Assembly: GCA_964019335.1 (NCBI GenBank) | Contig: OZ025732.1 | Span: 359,604-423,603 of the forward strand | Reading direction: 5' to 3' | DNA: 64,000 bases | DNA from: Diplonema japonicum | Taxonomy: Eukaryota > Protista > Euglenozoa: Diplonemea | Part shown: piece after piece, positions 1 to 10,150 of the stretch | Position numbering within the stretch: position 1 is the stretch's first letter | How the letters are laid out: the number at the start of each line of letters is the position of its first letter | Notes under the pieces: generated by a model | The model's input: the letters and a program-made list of their open reading frames with translations, nothing else | Told to the model about the DNA's origin: nothing | Databases searched by the model: none | Position numbers and translations under genes: made by a program

Positions 1-59
1 CTTTTTTTAGCAGACCACCCGCCGATCACTCATAGGCCCGCTTGACGACCAGGACTTCC

Positions 60-275
60 TCACGGAGAAAGCAAGCCAATAGAATGCGATATCTCTTGGG
101 TCGCATCCAGAAGCCAGAAGAGTGCAGAGAAAGGGGGACGCACTGCTTTCCCTGCCAAAGCTAAGTCGAGGGTGCATACCTTGCGACATATGGGGGGCCC
201 GACGGCACACGGCTACGACAGGAGACCACTCTTCTCCTCGAGCCAAACAGCCCCTTACCTTCGCGACTCCATGTA
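60..275 (+). mobile_element. Degenerate 3' end of a non-LTR retrotransposon ORF related to the LINEs at 34854 and 39446
   Basis: Manual translation (one frameshift) gives FPAKAKSRVHTLRHMGGPTAHGYDRRPLFSSSQT*, which aligns with FPAEPCKRVHTLRSIGGTKAVIGWSRRAIFASTKT at the end of ORF 34854..37421. Confidence 0.7.
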
Positions 276-362
276 ATGTTCCTCGCCCAGATGCCGTCCA
301 TCTCATCGCGACAAACAGCCACCGCAGGCACCAGACAGCAACCGCAGAACGGTGACCGATTA

Positions 363-2715
363 GTGTGAAAGGATGATAAAAACAAGACTCAGCTATATGC
401 TGGAAGACCCCACATCGAACCTGCACAAACTCTGTCACACACAAGCCGGATTTCAAGCAGGCCGAACAACAATAGAACAGATTGCAGCCCTCACACAGAG
501 GCTAAAGGACGGCCAGAAAAAGAAGAAGATCACCTACTCTATATTCCTTGACTTCGAAAAAGCCTTCGACACGGTCCAGAAAACAAAGCTAATGGAGAAG
601 CTGACAACCATGAAACTCCCACCGCTATACTTGAACTGGATCGGCGCCTTTTTACAAAACAGACAAGCAGCTGTGAGCTTAGAAGGGGTGACAAGTGACA
701 GCCGCGAAAAAGAAGAAGGCGTACCGCAGGGAACGGTGCTCTCACCGCTGCTGTTCCTGTTCTACGTGGACAACATAGCGAAAGCCCTTGAGGAGGAAGG
801 ACAAGGGGTCTTTGCATCGCTGTACGCGGACGACATGGCAGCAGTGATCATCGCTGATAACCACGCTGAGGCACAAGAGAAGGCGCAAAAGGTACTAGAC
901 AAAATAGACACATGGGCCAAGGAGTGGGGCCTGAAGCTGTCCCGCAAAAAGACTTGCTACATGAGGACGGGCGGTAAGGCGAAAGGCGCACTGTACTTCA
1001 CAGACGGCACGCAAAAGACGGAGGTGCAGTACGAGAAAAACCCCATGTTCCTGGGAGTGAGGTTCGACGAAGAAGTGAACTTTAAGGCACACGTGGAACA
1101 CGTCATCATCCGACTTGATGAGAGAATCAGGGTGATGCGAGCGCTGGCAGGCACGGAGTGGGGGAGTATGGCGTCCACCCTCAGGGCGCTGTATCTGACG
1201 TACGCACTGCCAGTAGTGACATATGCGCTCGGGGTGTACGGACCTACACTAGGAAAGGAAGAAATCAAGGACCTGCAAGTGATGCACAACATAGCGGCCA
1301 GATGCATCACCGGATGCAAGCGAACGACCCCTGTCGAATCCCTATTAAGGGTAGCCCGGCTCTGGCCAATCGAAGACATGATAGGATATGAGACATCCAC
1401 ATGGTACGAACGGTTCCGGAGAATGGAAGGCACCAGCGGACAACTGGCGACGCAAGGTGAAGGAAAGGAAGAGCGGTCGTGGCTCCACAAGGCCCGAAAA
1501 CGAGAATGCCCACGAGCTCCACTGCACAGGAAGGCAGCCATCCCACCGTGGGAGTGGAACACGCTGGAAAATTTGTGCATTAGGACAGAAGGCGAGGGGA
1601 CAAAGAAGCTGGAAGTGACGAAACAGAGAACGGCTGCCCTCGAGATGATCGCCAAGCTCCCAAAAGCCGACATCACCGTCTACACCGATGGGTCAGTCGA
1701 AGAGGGCAAGGGCGGCGCAGGAATCGTGATTGAAAGGGCCGAGGGGACGGCGACAGAGATAAGCGTAGGCGTCTGCAACCTGTGTGACAGTTTTCAAGCA
1801 GAGATGAACGCCATCAACACGGCGCTAGCGAGGCTCGTGAAGGAGGACACGCAAGGGGCGCAGATCAACCTGCTGACAGACTCTATGGCGTGCCTGCAAA
1901 AGCTTAAGCAAGGTCCCGCAAAGCAACAAGAAGACATGGTGGTCGAGGCATGGCACAACATACACGCACTGACAACGAGAGGAAACCACCTCACATGCTG
2001 CTTTATCCCAGGCCACTGCGGAATAGAAGGAAACGAGAAGGCAGACCAACTCGCCAGCAACGGCAGAGACAAGGAAGCAACACAGAAGATCAGCATGGGT
2101 GCAGCGAAGAACTACATGAGAAAAACCGGAAAGCAGGAAATATTAGCAAGGCTAAATAAGGAAAAGACATACAATAAGTGGGCAGGTAGAACGGAAGCAC
2201 CCAAAAGGATGGAAGGGCTGAACAGGAAGGAAGAGGTGCTGATCAACCAGCTGAAGACTGGGCACCATGACCTGCTGAAGGTAGGATACGCCGAGCAGCG
2301 AATTTGCGTAAAGTGTGGCCCCAACACGAAGCGAACCCTCCAACATCTCTTCCTAGACTGTCCGTCATCCAAAGCAAGCAGGGACAAACACTTCGACACC
2401 CTGACGCTGAGACACATCCTTGCGGAGAACCCACGAAAAGCAATCCAATATCTCGAAGATACCGGGGACCTGCCCCCCTCCGCAACAACTCCACAACAAC
2501 CAACTAACCTGCCGAAGTAGCATGCCAATCAGAAGGCGGCTGAGGCACTTCTGATTCATTCAGAATCCCGAGATCCCATCCCAGATCCCCAATCCTGTTT
2601 CTCGCAGAAACAGAGAACACCACCAACCCCCCCACTACAGCAGCCGACGAGACAGACGTAGCAGTGAAAATAAAAAAGCCCCCCTGAACAAGTTTTCCCC
2701 CACCCCTATAACGTG

Positions 2716-2758
<43 letters not shown>

Positions 2759-2971
2759 ACTGAGGTCCGGCACCCGCAGTAGCCAAAAAAAAAAAAAAAA
2801 AAAAAAAAGTGTAAAGTGCCAAACAGCCAGCAAAGCTTGTGGAATGAGAACACCAGTACGGTCATGAGTACCCGGGCAACCGGGTGAGCGTCTCGTGACA
2901 CTTCCAACCCACTTAGTGGGTGCGGCCTTAGCAAGTCGAAGAGGAAGTGGAATTTAAAAAATAAAAAAAAA
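363..2971 (+). mobile_element. 5'-truncated LINE, family A (RT + RNase H, Ingi/I-group-like), with 3' UTR and A tail
   Basis: ORF 373..2520 followed by a 3' UTR with internal oligo(A) tracts ending GGAAGTGGAATTT(A)n; the same 3' end recurs at 42337-43067. Confidence 0.9.
373..2520 (+). CDS. LINE ORF: reverse transcriptase, RNase H, C-terminal CCHC zinc knuckle (N-terminus and endonuclease missing)
   Basis: RT motifs QAGF, FLDFEKAFD, GVPQGTVLSPLLF, YADD, FLG; RNase H motifs YTDGS, AEMNAI, TDS, PGHCGIEGNEKAD; CVKC...HLFLDC. Confidence 0.93.
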   Translation: MIKTRLSYMLEDPTSNLHKLCHTQAGFQAGRTTIEQIAALTQRLKDGQKKKKITYSIFLDFEKAFDTVQKTKLMEKLTTMKLPPLYLNWIGAFLQNRQAAVSLEGVTSDSREKEEGVPQGTVLSPLLFLFYVDNIAKALEEEGQGVFASLYADDMAAVIIADNHAEAQEKAQKVLDKIDTWAKEWGLKLSRKKTCYMRTGGKAKGALYFTDGTQKTEVQYEKNPMFLGVRFDEEVNFKAHVEHVIIRLDERIRVMRALAGTEWGSMASTLRALYLTYALPVVTYALGVYGPTLGKEEIKDLQVMHNIAARCITGCKRTTPVESLLRVARLWPIEDMIGYETSTWYERFRRMEGTSGQLATQGEGKEERSWLHKARKRECPRAPLHRKAAIPPWEWNTLENLCIRTEGEGTKKLEVTKQRTAALEMIAKLPKADITVYTDGSVEEGKGGAGIVIERAEGTATEISVGVCNLCDSFQAEMNAINTALARLVKEDTQGAQINLLTDSMACLQKLKQGPAKQQEDMVVEAWHNIHALTTRGNHLTCCFIPGHCGIEGNEKADQLASNGRDKEATQKISMGAAKNYMRKTGKQEILARLNKEKTYNKWAGRTEAPKRMEGLNRKEEVLINQLKTGHHDLLKVGYAEQRICVKCGPNTKRTLQHLFLDCPSSKASRDKHFDTLTLRHILAENPRKAIQYLEDTGDLPPSATTPQQPTNLPK

Positions 2972-3154
2972 GTGTGAATTTCTTCTTGAACAGTGAGCAC
3001 CCCCATGCACACTGAAACTTTATCGAATTTTTTGGAGATTCGTTCCAGTGTTTTGTTAGTTTCATTAGCTCTTTTGCTTTTGTATTTTCATTTTTATTTT
3101 TTTACTTATTCTCAATTATTAACTTTGCACAAATAAAAGGGATACCACATACCC

Positions 3155-3860
3155 ATGAGCGGGAACGAAGGACCACCGACAGTAACGCTGCAGGCGAGGC
3201 ATTGAGGCAGTGGCTTCGGAGGAGATGATGAAGGTGAAGGAGGGGATCGCGTCGATGGGATGGTTGGATGTGGACATCCTCACCCTCACCTTCGATGGGG
3301 TGGTGGTGGTGGCTGCTGGAGACGGCAGTAGGGACAGCTCGTCGGAGATCTTCCTTTTGAGGTAGAAGTATGCTTGAAGTGGTGTGCAAGAGGCAGGCGG
3401 CTCTGTTGAAGCTTTCTGAGATGGGGATCAAGGTGACTGAAATGGTTTTAAGTTAGGAAATAGATAAAAAGGGGTGGGAAAGAATAAATACTGCATACGA
3501 AAACAGAGAGTCGAGTAAAAAAGGGAAAAGGTGACTGACATCCTCAAGAGGAGCCTCCCACGTACCAGGAATTAAGCAGAGGTTGCTTCCATGGCCCGTA
3601 TCAGTCTATCGCCAGAAGAAATAATGAAAATAACATAACAAAGAGAAGGGGAGAAGAAACGGAAAAAGACGGCTTGGTCATCAGAGAGTGTTGACCCAAA
3701 TGCGTCGGCGGACGCAGTTTAACGTCATACCCGGGACGGAAACCATGTTGGGAAAGCAGAAGGGAAGTTAAAAGTCAAGAAGTGGAAAAGGAAAAGGTGG
3801 AAACTAAAATCATAGGGTGCGAGGTCTGTGAAGGTGAGAGGAAGGGATTTTGTTTAGTTT
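3155..3860 (+). pseudogene. Decayed Ubl head of a Ubl-ankyrin gene, split by an insertion
   Basis: Matches the 5' end of intact copies with deletions; resumes at 3831 after a minus-strand insert; paralogous to 30489-30818 including the downstream flank (3850-3995 vs 31137-31281). Confidence 0.8.
3437..3830 (-). mobile_element. 3'-end copy of PLE family 2, inverted, with 7-bp TSD
   Basis: Reverse complement matches 27960-28161 (ending ...AAAACCATTTCAG); flanked by AAGGTGA at 3430-3436 and 3831-3837. Confidence 0.75.
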
Positions 3861-4320
3861 TGTTTTTGAAAGAGAAGAACAAGAGATAAACGTGGGCATC
3901 ATTCATTCTATTATTCGTTGATCCTACTGTAGGTGGGGACGGCTTGCAATCCATTGAAAGAAGAAGAACGCTTACCAGCTTGCACAAGCAATCAGCCGAC
4001 TTTTTTAGCAAGCAGGATGTCTGATTTAAAGGAGGGGAAAGAATATATTAATGGGAATCGTGGCTACCGCACGGAAGATCTTCACTTGTTTCGTCATCAG
4101 TGGTCATCCATCATCGAACACTTCCTTCTGTATAGTGTCCAGCAGCCAAGGCTGCCAGCACATCCTTAAACACCGAAGGGCGATTCTGTTTCTTTCAGAG
4201 ACAGAAGACCTACCCACCACAGCAGCAGCCGGCCGGTTCTTGATTATCTCTTTTGCTTTTTTATTTTCACCTTTTGCTTCTTCTCCATAATTAACTTTGC
4301 ACAAATATAAAGGATACCAC

Positions 4321-5016
4321 ATGAACGATATGACGGTGTTCGTGAAGACGGGAGGCGGGGTTCACGATGTGGAAGTGTCGGGGAAGGAGACGGTGGGGGG
4401 CCTGTACAAGAAGGCGGGGTGTGCTGCTGGTTTACTCGAAGGCAGGTTCAGACTGGTTTGGGAGGGAGAGGCCCTGAGCAGGAGCAGGGGCGATGAGCTT
4501 CAGGAGGTTGGGCTCGTGGAGGGCTCCGTGGTCCATGCGGAGGAGAATACAAGAACCGTTCGTCTGGAGGAGCTGAAGGACAGGAGCTCAGGAGTTGTTT
4601 CTGAGCTTGAAGGGCTGGTGACAGCTGACCCGGAGCTAGTTCTGGTGGTGGAGGTGGGGGACTCTGTCGATGTATTGTCCATGAAGAAGGAGGACCTTCC
4701 TTCTGGACTTCGGTTCCTCGTTGTCACCGACTCCGCAGGCTGTGTTACACAAATAGGCAGTGGATTTCTTTATAAGTGCGACCTGACGTCTGTCGTTCTC
4801 ATCCTCCCCAATGTAACTTGCATTCAGAGTACCTTCTTGTCAGGTTGCAAGGAGCTAGAAATCGTCGACTTGGGTCCGATGACCCATGTTGATTTCATTG
4901 GTCCTGCATTTCTGCAGATATGCGCAAGGCTGAAGACCATCAACCACAGGTTATTGATTGAGGTACCGCTACTACGGCGGTACGCCTCACCCACCACCGA
5001 GTCCACACTGTCCTGA
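4321..5016 (+). CDS. Ubl + BspA-like leucine-rich-repeat protein, 3'-truncated (possibly a pseudogene)
   Basis: N-terminal MTVFVKT...VEV...ETVGGLYKK...FRLVWEGE.L Ubl pattern; LRR units of the xIGxxFLxxCxxLxxVDL type; paralogue of 19212..20030. Confidence 0.75.
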   Translation: MNDMTVFVKTGGGVHDVEVSGKETVGGLYKKAGCAAGLLEGRFRLVWEGEALSRSRGDELQEVGLVEGSVVHAEENTRTVRLEELKDRSSGVVSELEGLVTADPELVLVVEVGDSVDVLSMKKEDLPSGLRFLVVTDSAGCVTQIGSGFLYKCDLTSVVLILPNVTCIQSTFLSGCKELEIVDLGPMTHVDFIGPAFLQICARLKTINHRLLIEVPLLRRYASPTTESTLS

Positions 5017-5259
5017 GTAAAGAAGATTGAGATGATACCCCGCGTACAGCACTTCACCGGGCCACTTCTGGGGAGGTGGCGGCTGTTCTCTTGAGACACA
5101 AGGCAGACATCGAGGCAAAAGACGGAAGGGGAAGAACACCCCTTTTCTTGGCTGGTTTAGAGGTGGCTGAAGTACTTCTTGAGCACAATGCTGATGTGAA
5201 GGCAAGGGACAAGAGAGGGAACACGTGTCTGCACCACGCTGTTGAAAAGTTAGGATATA

Positions 5260-6748
5260 AAGGGGGGGCCCGAATAATTCCCTCCCAAATAATGTGTTTT
5301 TTCCCAAATAATTCTTTTTTTTTCGGGGATTTTTCCGCTCCAAATTTCCCAAATAATTCCCAACCCCCTTTCTTTTTTTTTTGGGGGACCGGGGTGGGGG
5401 GGTCACATGGTAGTCGTGCGACGGGCTTTTCTCAGTTACGCCTGTGCAGGGTACTAGCCGACCTAACCCATTATGACACCCCTTTTTTGACCAAAAAGTC
5501 GATTTTCGCCTGGTTTTTGGGCACTTACGAGCAATTCCTTTGCATTTTGAACAGGGACCACGGGGTTTGGCACCTGGGGGTTATTGTGGGGAACTATTTT
5601 TCTTAACGCAAGAAGCTAGCTGGTTCGTGATGAACGTTCAAAATTTCACGGAACCACTTAGTTCGAAGGCGCTTGTGGGTGGCCCGGGTGCTTCTGCGTT
5701 GCCGGAAGGGCACGTGGATTCATGTGTTGACAACTTATCTAGTATTTGCTTTGTTTCATGGCCCGCAATGTCAATATTCCATTCCTGAGCAAGATCCCAA
5801 AGTTGTGTCGTAGCCCACTGGCGGTATTGTGAGGCTGCTTACACAAGTAAGAGTGCTGGCCCAGCGAGCTATGAGGGCAAAAACCCCATTTTCTTCTAGA
5901 AGATGAGAAATATATTATAGTGCGACATGATCAGACTGGAACGGCCGCCCCGGGGCATCCTCTGCTCAACCCGGCGGACGTGGGAGGCCCTTCTTCGGAA
6001 GGTGCCAGTCGCTTGATCAGTGTCGTCGTGCGCGCTATATTTTATTAGTACAAATATAACAATCGATTGAAAAGGAAAAGTATGTATTGTGAGGCTGCTT
6101 CTCGCCATTTTGAGGGGTTAAGGGGGGCTGTGGCATGCCCCAAGCAGCCGAGGCGGGACGTTGATGACTGCAGCAGAGTGCCGAGTCAACGTGGCACTGT
6201 GGGTAGGGCAAGCACGTGAGAAAGGTCATGCAACTGCTCGACACCTTTAGCTATATGCGATCTCGCGGCTTCCAGGTAGTTCCGAGGAGACCATACAGCT
6301 AAGGGCACTTAGCGAAGTTTAGACAGTGCAGCACAGAACGTTGTCGCGGGTGTTACAATGGACACTGCACCTGATGAGACTCCAGCAGCCTCCCAAGCCC
6401 TTGCAGCTTCTCAAGCCCTGACAGTTTCTCAAGCCTCTTTCTCAGACCCCCACAACCTCCCAGCAACCACCTAACGCCAAAACCAGGCGGTTTGTCTGCA
6501 ACGTTTGTGGGTTCTCCACAGTCTGGGAGAAAAACTGCTAAAGTTTCCCTTGGAAAAAAAAAGCATGAAAAAAGTCTTGGCACGATTTGGCATGTTAAGA
6601 TTTCCGAAGTGCTCTAAGCCCCGCTCCCTGCTTTCCATGTGGCAGGCTCCCCAGCCCAAATAAGTGTATTCCAAATAATTCTTTTTTTTTGGAGCCCAAA
6701 CACCCCCCCTCCACTGCCCAAATAAAGGGATTATTCGGGGGGCCCCTT
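5260..6748. mobile_element. Non-autonomous TIR DNA transposon with TA target duplication (Tc1/mariner-type target)
   Basis: Imperfect TIRs AAGGGGGGGCCCGAATAATTCCCT and AGGGATTATTCGGGGGGCCCCTT; TA at 5258-5259 and 6749-6750; no transposase ORF recognised. Confidence 0.8.
5841..6083 (+). mobile_element. Short 3'-end insertion of PLE family 1, 17-bp TSD
   Basis: Near-identical to 17278-17520; flanked by GTATTGTGAGGCTGCTT at 5824-5840 and 6084-6100. Confidence 0.88.
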
Positions 6749-7272
6749 TAAATGGCTACTTATTTTTCTGAGACACAATGCAGATGTGATGGCAACGAAC
6801 GATGAAGGAAAGACGGCTCTCGATTGTCCCCTCTGTTGGTGATGACGATGATGACGATGGTTACAGAGGCATGGTCAAGGCGATACGACACCTGTTGCGG
6901 GAACATCAGTCTCGCTCATGATCTGGTTCAGACTGGTTTGGAAGGGAGAGGCCCCCTCCCGTGCGGCACGTGTCTGAAGTCCCTTGAAAGCCAGTGTGCG
7001 AGTTTAGCCCATTATATTTTGGCACTCGGTAGTCGTTGCAAGAGCGCCTGTAGGAGGTATTGGGCGATACAGCTAACGTAAGTATTGCCTGTCGGGATGA
7101 GGATTGGTGTCGTTGAACTGGTGATGGGACTAAGAATCTCTTTTTACTTCAGTCTTGTTTCTCAAGAGTTTTCTGCCCCCCTCAACCTTCTTTTATTCAT
7201 TGTCCTCTTTACGCACAACCTTATATCAGCAAACAACAGGATATTGAAGAAGAACAAGAAAAAGACAAGACC

Positions 7273-8487
7273 ATGAAAGGAAGCGAAGGACCACCGACAG
7301 TGACGCTGCAGGCGAGGCTCCCCACCTCTGAGACAATCAGCATTGAGGCAGTGGCTTCGGAGGAGATGATGAAGGTGAAGGAGAGGATCGCATCGATGGG
7401 AGGGTTGGATGTGGACATCTTCACCCTCACCTTCGATGGGGTGGTGGTGGCGGCGGCTGCTGACGACGGCGGTGGACAGCTTGTCGGAGATCTTCCTTTT
7501 GAGGATGGAAGCATTCTTGAAGTGGTGGTGTGCAAGAGGCAGGCGGCTCTGTTGAAGCTTTCTGGGATGGGGATCGAAGTGGAAGGAAGGGATTTTTGCG
7601 GGGTACTTGGTGATGACTGTTTGGGTTGGGACGAGAAGGACGAGAAGACGTGCGAGGTTATGAACCTTCTCCTGGATGCTGGGGTGAGTGGTGGGGAGGA
7701 GGAGGCATTTCACTTTGTGATCGAGCACGATCTTCCTTCTTGTGTGGAGGTCCTCTTGACTCGCACTTCTGTGGACGTGGATTCAGAAGTAGCTCTCCCT
7801 TTCGATTGGGTTCCGCGTACAGCACTTCACCGGGCCACTTCGGAGGAGGTGGTGGCTGTTCTCTTGAGACACAATGCAGATGTCAATGCAAGAGACTGTA
7901 GCGGTGTTCCTGTCATTCACGAAGCAGCATGTGATAAGAATTCTAGGGGCAAGCTTTCTCTACTTCTGAAACACAATGCAGATGTGAATGCAACGGACGG
8001 CGAAGGAAGGACGGCTCTTCATGGCTATGCTCACCCCTCTGCAGTTCACTTTCTTCTTGAACACAAGGCAGACATCGAGGCAAGGGACAATAAGGGAAGA
8101 ACACCCCTTTTCTTCGCTAGTTTATGGATGGCTGAAGCGCTTCTTGAGCACAATGCTGACGTGATGGCGAAGGACAATAGAGGGAACACGTGTCTGCACA
8201 CCGCTGTTGAAAGAGGTGATTTTATCGAAGTGTTGTTTGTTCTGCTGAGACACAATGCAGATGTGACGGCAGAGAACGATGAAGGGAAGACGGCTCTCGA
8301 TCTTGTTCCCTCTGATGATGATGATGATGATATTCAGGTTTTGAGTGCGATGCGATACCTGTTGCAGGACCCGAGTCTCGCTCAGGATGTGGAGCTGTTC
8401 GAAAGTATGAGAGAGCTGAGTGACGTCAGCAGGCTTCCTGTTGTTCATTTGCTTTCAGGGTATATTTGTGACAAAGTCGAGAGGTGA
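7273..8487 (+). CDS. Ubl-ankyrin repeat protein, copy 1
   Basis: Ubl-like N-terminus (VTLQARLPTSETISIE...VKERIA...LTFDG...DGSILEVV, no diglycine) followed by ankyrin repeats (GRTALH, GRTPLF, GNTCLH, GKTALD; LLxHNADVNA). Confidence 0.9.
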   Translation: MKGSEGPPTVTLQARLPTSETISIEAVASEEMMKVKERIASMGGLDVDIFTLTFDGVVVAAAADDGGGQLVGDLPFEDGSILEVVVCKRQAALLKLSGMGIEVEGRDFCGVLGDDCLGWDEKDEKTCEVMNLLLDAGVSGGEEEAFHFVIEHDLPSCVEVLLTRTSVDVDSEVALPFDWVPRTALHRATSEEVVAVLLRHNADVNARDCSGVPVIHEAACDKNSRGKLSLLLKHNADVNATDGEGRTALHGYAHPSAVHFLLEHKADIEARDNKGRTPLFFASLWMAEALLEHNADVMAKDNRGNTCLHTAVERGDFIEVLFVLLRHNADVTAENDEGKTALDLVPSDDDDDDIQVLSAMRYLLQDPSLAQDVELFESMRELSDVSRLPVVHLLSGYICDKVER

Positions 8488-8624
8488 CCATTCCACAATT
8501 CCTGGGGTATGGTTGTGGCATTGGCTTCGATTTCTTCTTTCGACCGATTCTTACCGACCGACATCGTTTGTTTGTAGAATGCCAGTATCCCCCCCCCCCC
8601 CCCCCCCCCCCTCATATATTCTAC

Positions 8625-9000
8625 CTAGACGCGAAGAAGTGCTAGTAAACCAGCTAAAGACTGGTCATCACCACCTGCTCAAAGAGGAGTACGCAACCCA
8701 ACGCACCTGCGAAAAATGTGACGGCACAACACAGAGAACACTACAACACCTCCTCCTAGAGTGCCCAGCGACCAAAGCGGCCAGAGACAAGCACTACGAC
8801 ATCCACACGCTGGAGCACATCCTCATAGACCCGAAGAGGGCAATCAAGTTCCTCGAGGACACAGAAGAGACTACCTACAAGCCCACCGGCAAGCCCCCCG
8901 ACGAGCCCACCGACTAACCCCCACCGACTAGCCGTCTACCTAGCAAGCTAGTCAAAAGGCAGCAGGAAGAAAACAAATCAAGTGTAAACAAATAGAAAAG

Positions 9001-9032
<32 letters not shown>

Positions 9033-9330
9033 AAGAAAGAAAAAATAACAAAAACCCCAACAACCCTCTTCCCCCATGTGCATCAACAAAAAAAAAAAAA
9101 AAAAAAAAAAGAAAAGAATCCCGAGGACTGGCAACCAAAGGAGAAAAAAAAAAAAAAAAAAAAAAAAAGCCATTAGCCAACTGTGGAAAGAGAATACCCA
9201 TGTCACAAAGGTGCTAGAACAATAACACAGGCCGACACGAAAGCACGAACGTCTCAACACACTTCCGTTGGCTCCACACAGCCCAGTCGGTCTGGCTAGA
9301 CCAAGAGGAGGTGGAATTTAAAAAAAAAAA
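8625..9330 (+). mobile_element. 3' fragment of LINE family B (zinc knuckle + 3' UTR + A tail)
   Basis: EEVLVNQLKTGHHHLLK...CEKC...HLLLECP is homologous to the end of 373..2520; the UTR is repeated at 47850-48266 and partly at 26982-27115. Confidence 0.85.
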
Positions 9331-9339
9331 TAAAATAAC

Positions 9340-9990
9340 AATCCCTGGGGCTTACGGTATGCACCCAGTCCGCCCATCAGGACATCGGGCTCGGGATTGA
9401 CACGCCGATGCCTCCCGGCATGGGACACGCGACACTCCAACCGGCGGTCAGCGTCCAAACACTGACCCTGGAGGCGCCCGTTGCCCGAACCGAGGGATTT
9501 GCCCCCCCTTGACCCTCCTCAAACAAGCGGCGCCCAAGAGGTGATCGATCTCACGCAGGACTCCCCGGACAAACCCTCGCGTAAGAAGAAGCACGACGGC
9601 ACTGCATACGAGCACGAAAGCCGTCGTGGTAAGAGTTCTACATCCACCGACGACGAAGGGCTTCTCATCCTCCGGCCGGAAGAACCCGGGACCTCACTTA
9701 GAACCAGACACTTCGCTTTGCGCCTCCTGCGCGATCTCTCGGCCCCGGCACAGCATCTCGAGCATGACCTCGTCACCGGAGTAGGCCTTCCGCCAAGCAC
9801 CAAGGACGACAGTGCTGTCGATACCCACGCGAAGCACCACGTTCGGGGACCCGACACCCGAAAGGCAAATTCCAACAGTTCCAGCAGGGCATACATCTCC
9901 AGTCGAGACGGCTCTCTACCACCCTAGTGACATATATGAGGACTTGCATCTGATGCGATAGGGTGGCTCTCTAGCGGGGGCTTGCCCTGT
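9340..9990 (+). mobile_element. Probable fragment of another PLE-related C-terminal region
   Basis: ORF 9481..9927 has EVIDLTQD...RKKKH and LLILRP...RHFAL, echoing VVIDLTGD...KKKRK and VLVIGPP...GHW of the PLE protein; ends not defined. Confidence 0.35.
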
Positions 9991-10150
9991 ACTTTGAGTT
10001 TCTTCTTAAAAGCCCACTTTCCCACCCCCGGTAACGCAATTAAAGAATGAAATATTTTCGAGTCTTTTTCTCCTTCTTCTTAATAGAATACTCTTCCCTT
10101 TTAAGGCCGTGCATACATTCAAAAGTAAATAAGGGATAGAAAACACAAAC

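Larger units (their letters stand above)
5040..6925 (+). pseudogene. Ankyrin-repeat 3' part of a Ubl-ANK gene interrupted by a DNA transposon
   Basis: TALHRATSGEVAAVLLRH...HHAVEKLGY | KWLLIFLRHNADV; removing 5260-6748 and one TA restores the reading frame and the motif length seen in paralogues. Confidence 0.85.
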
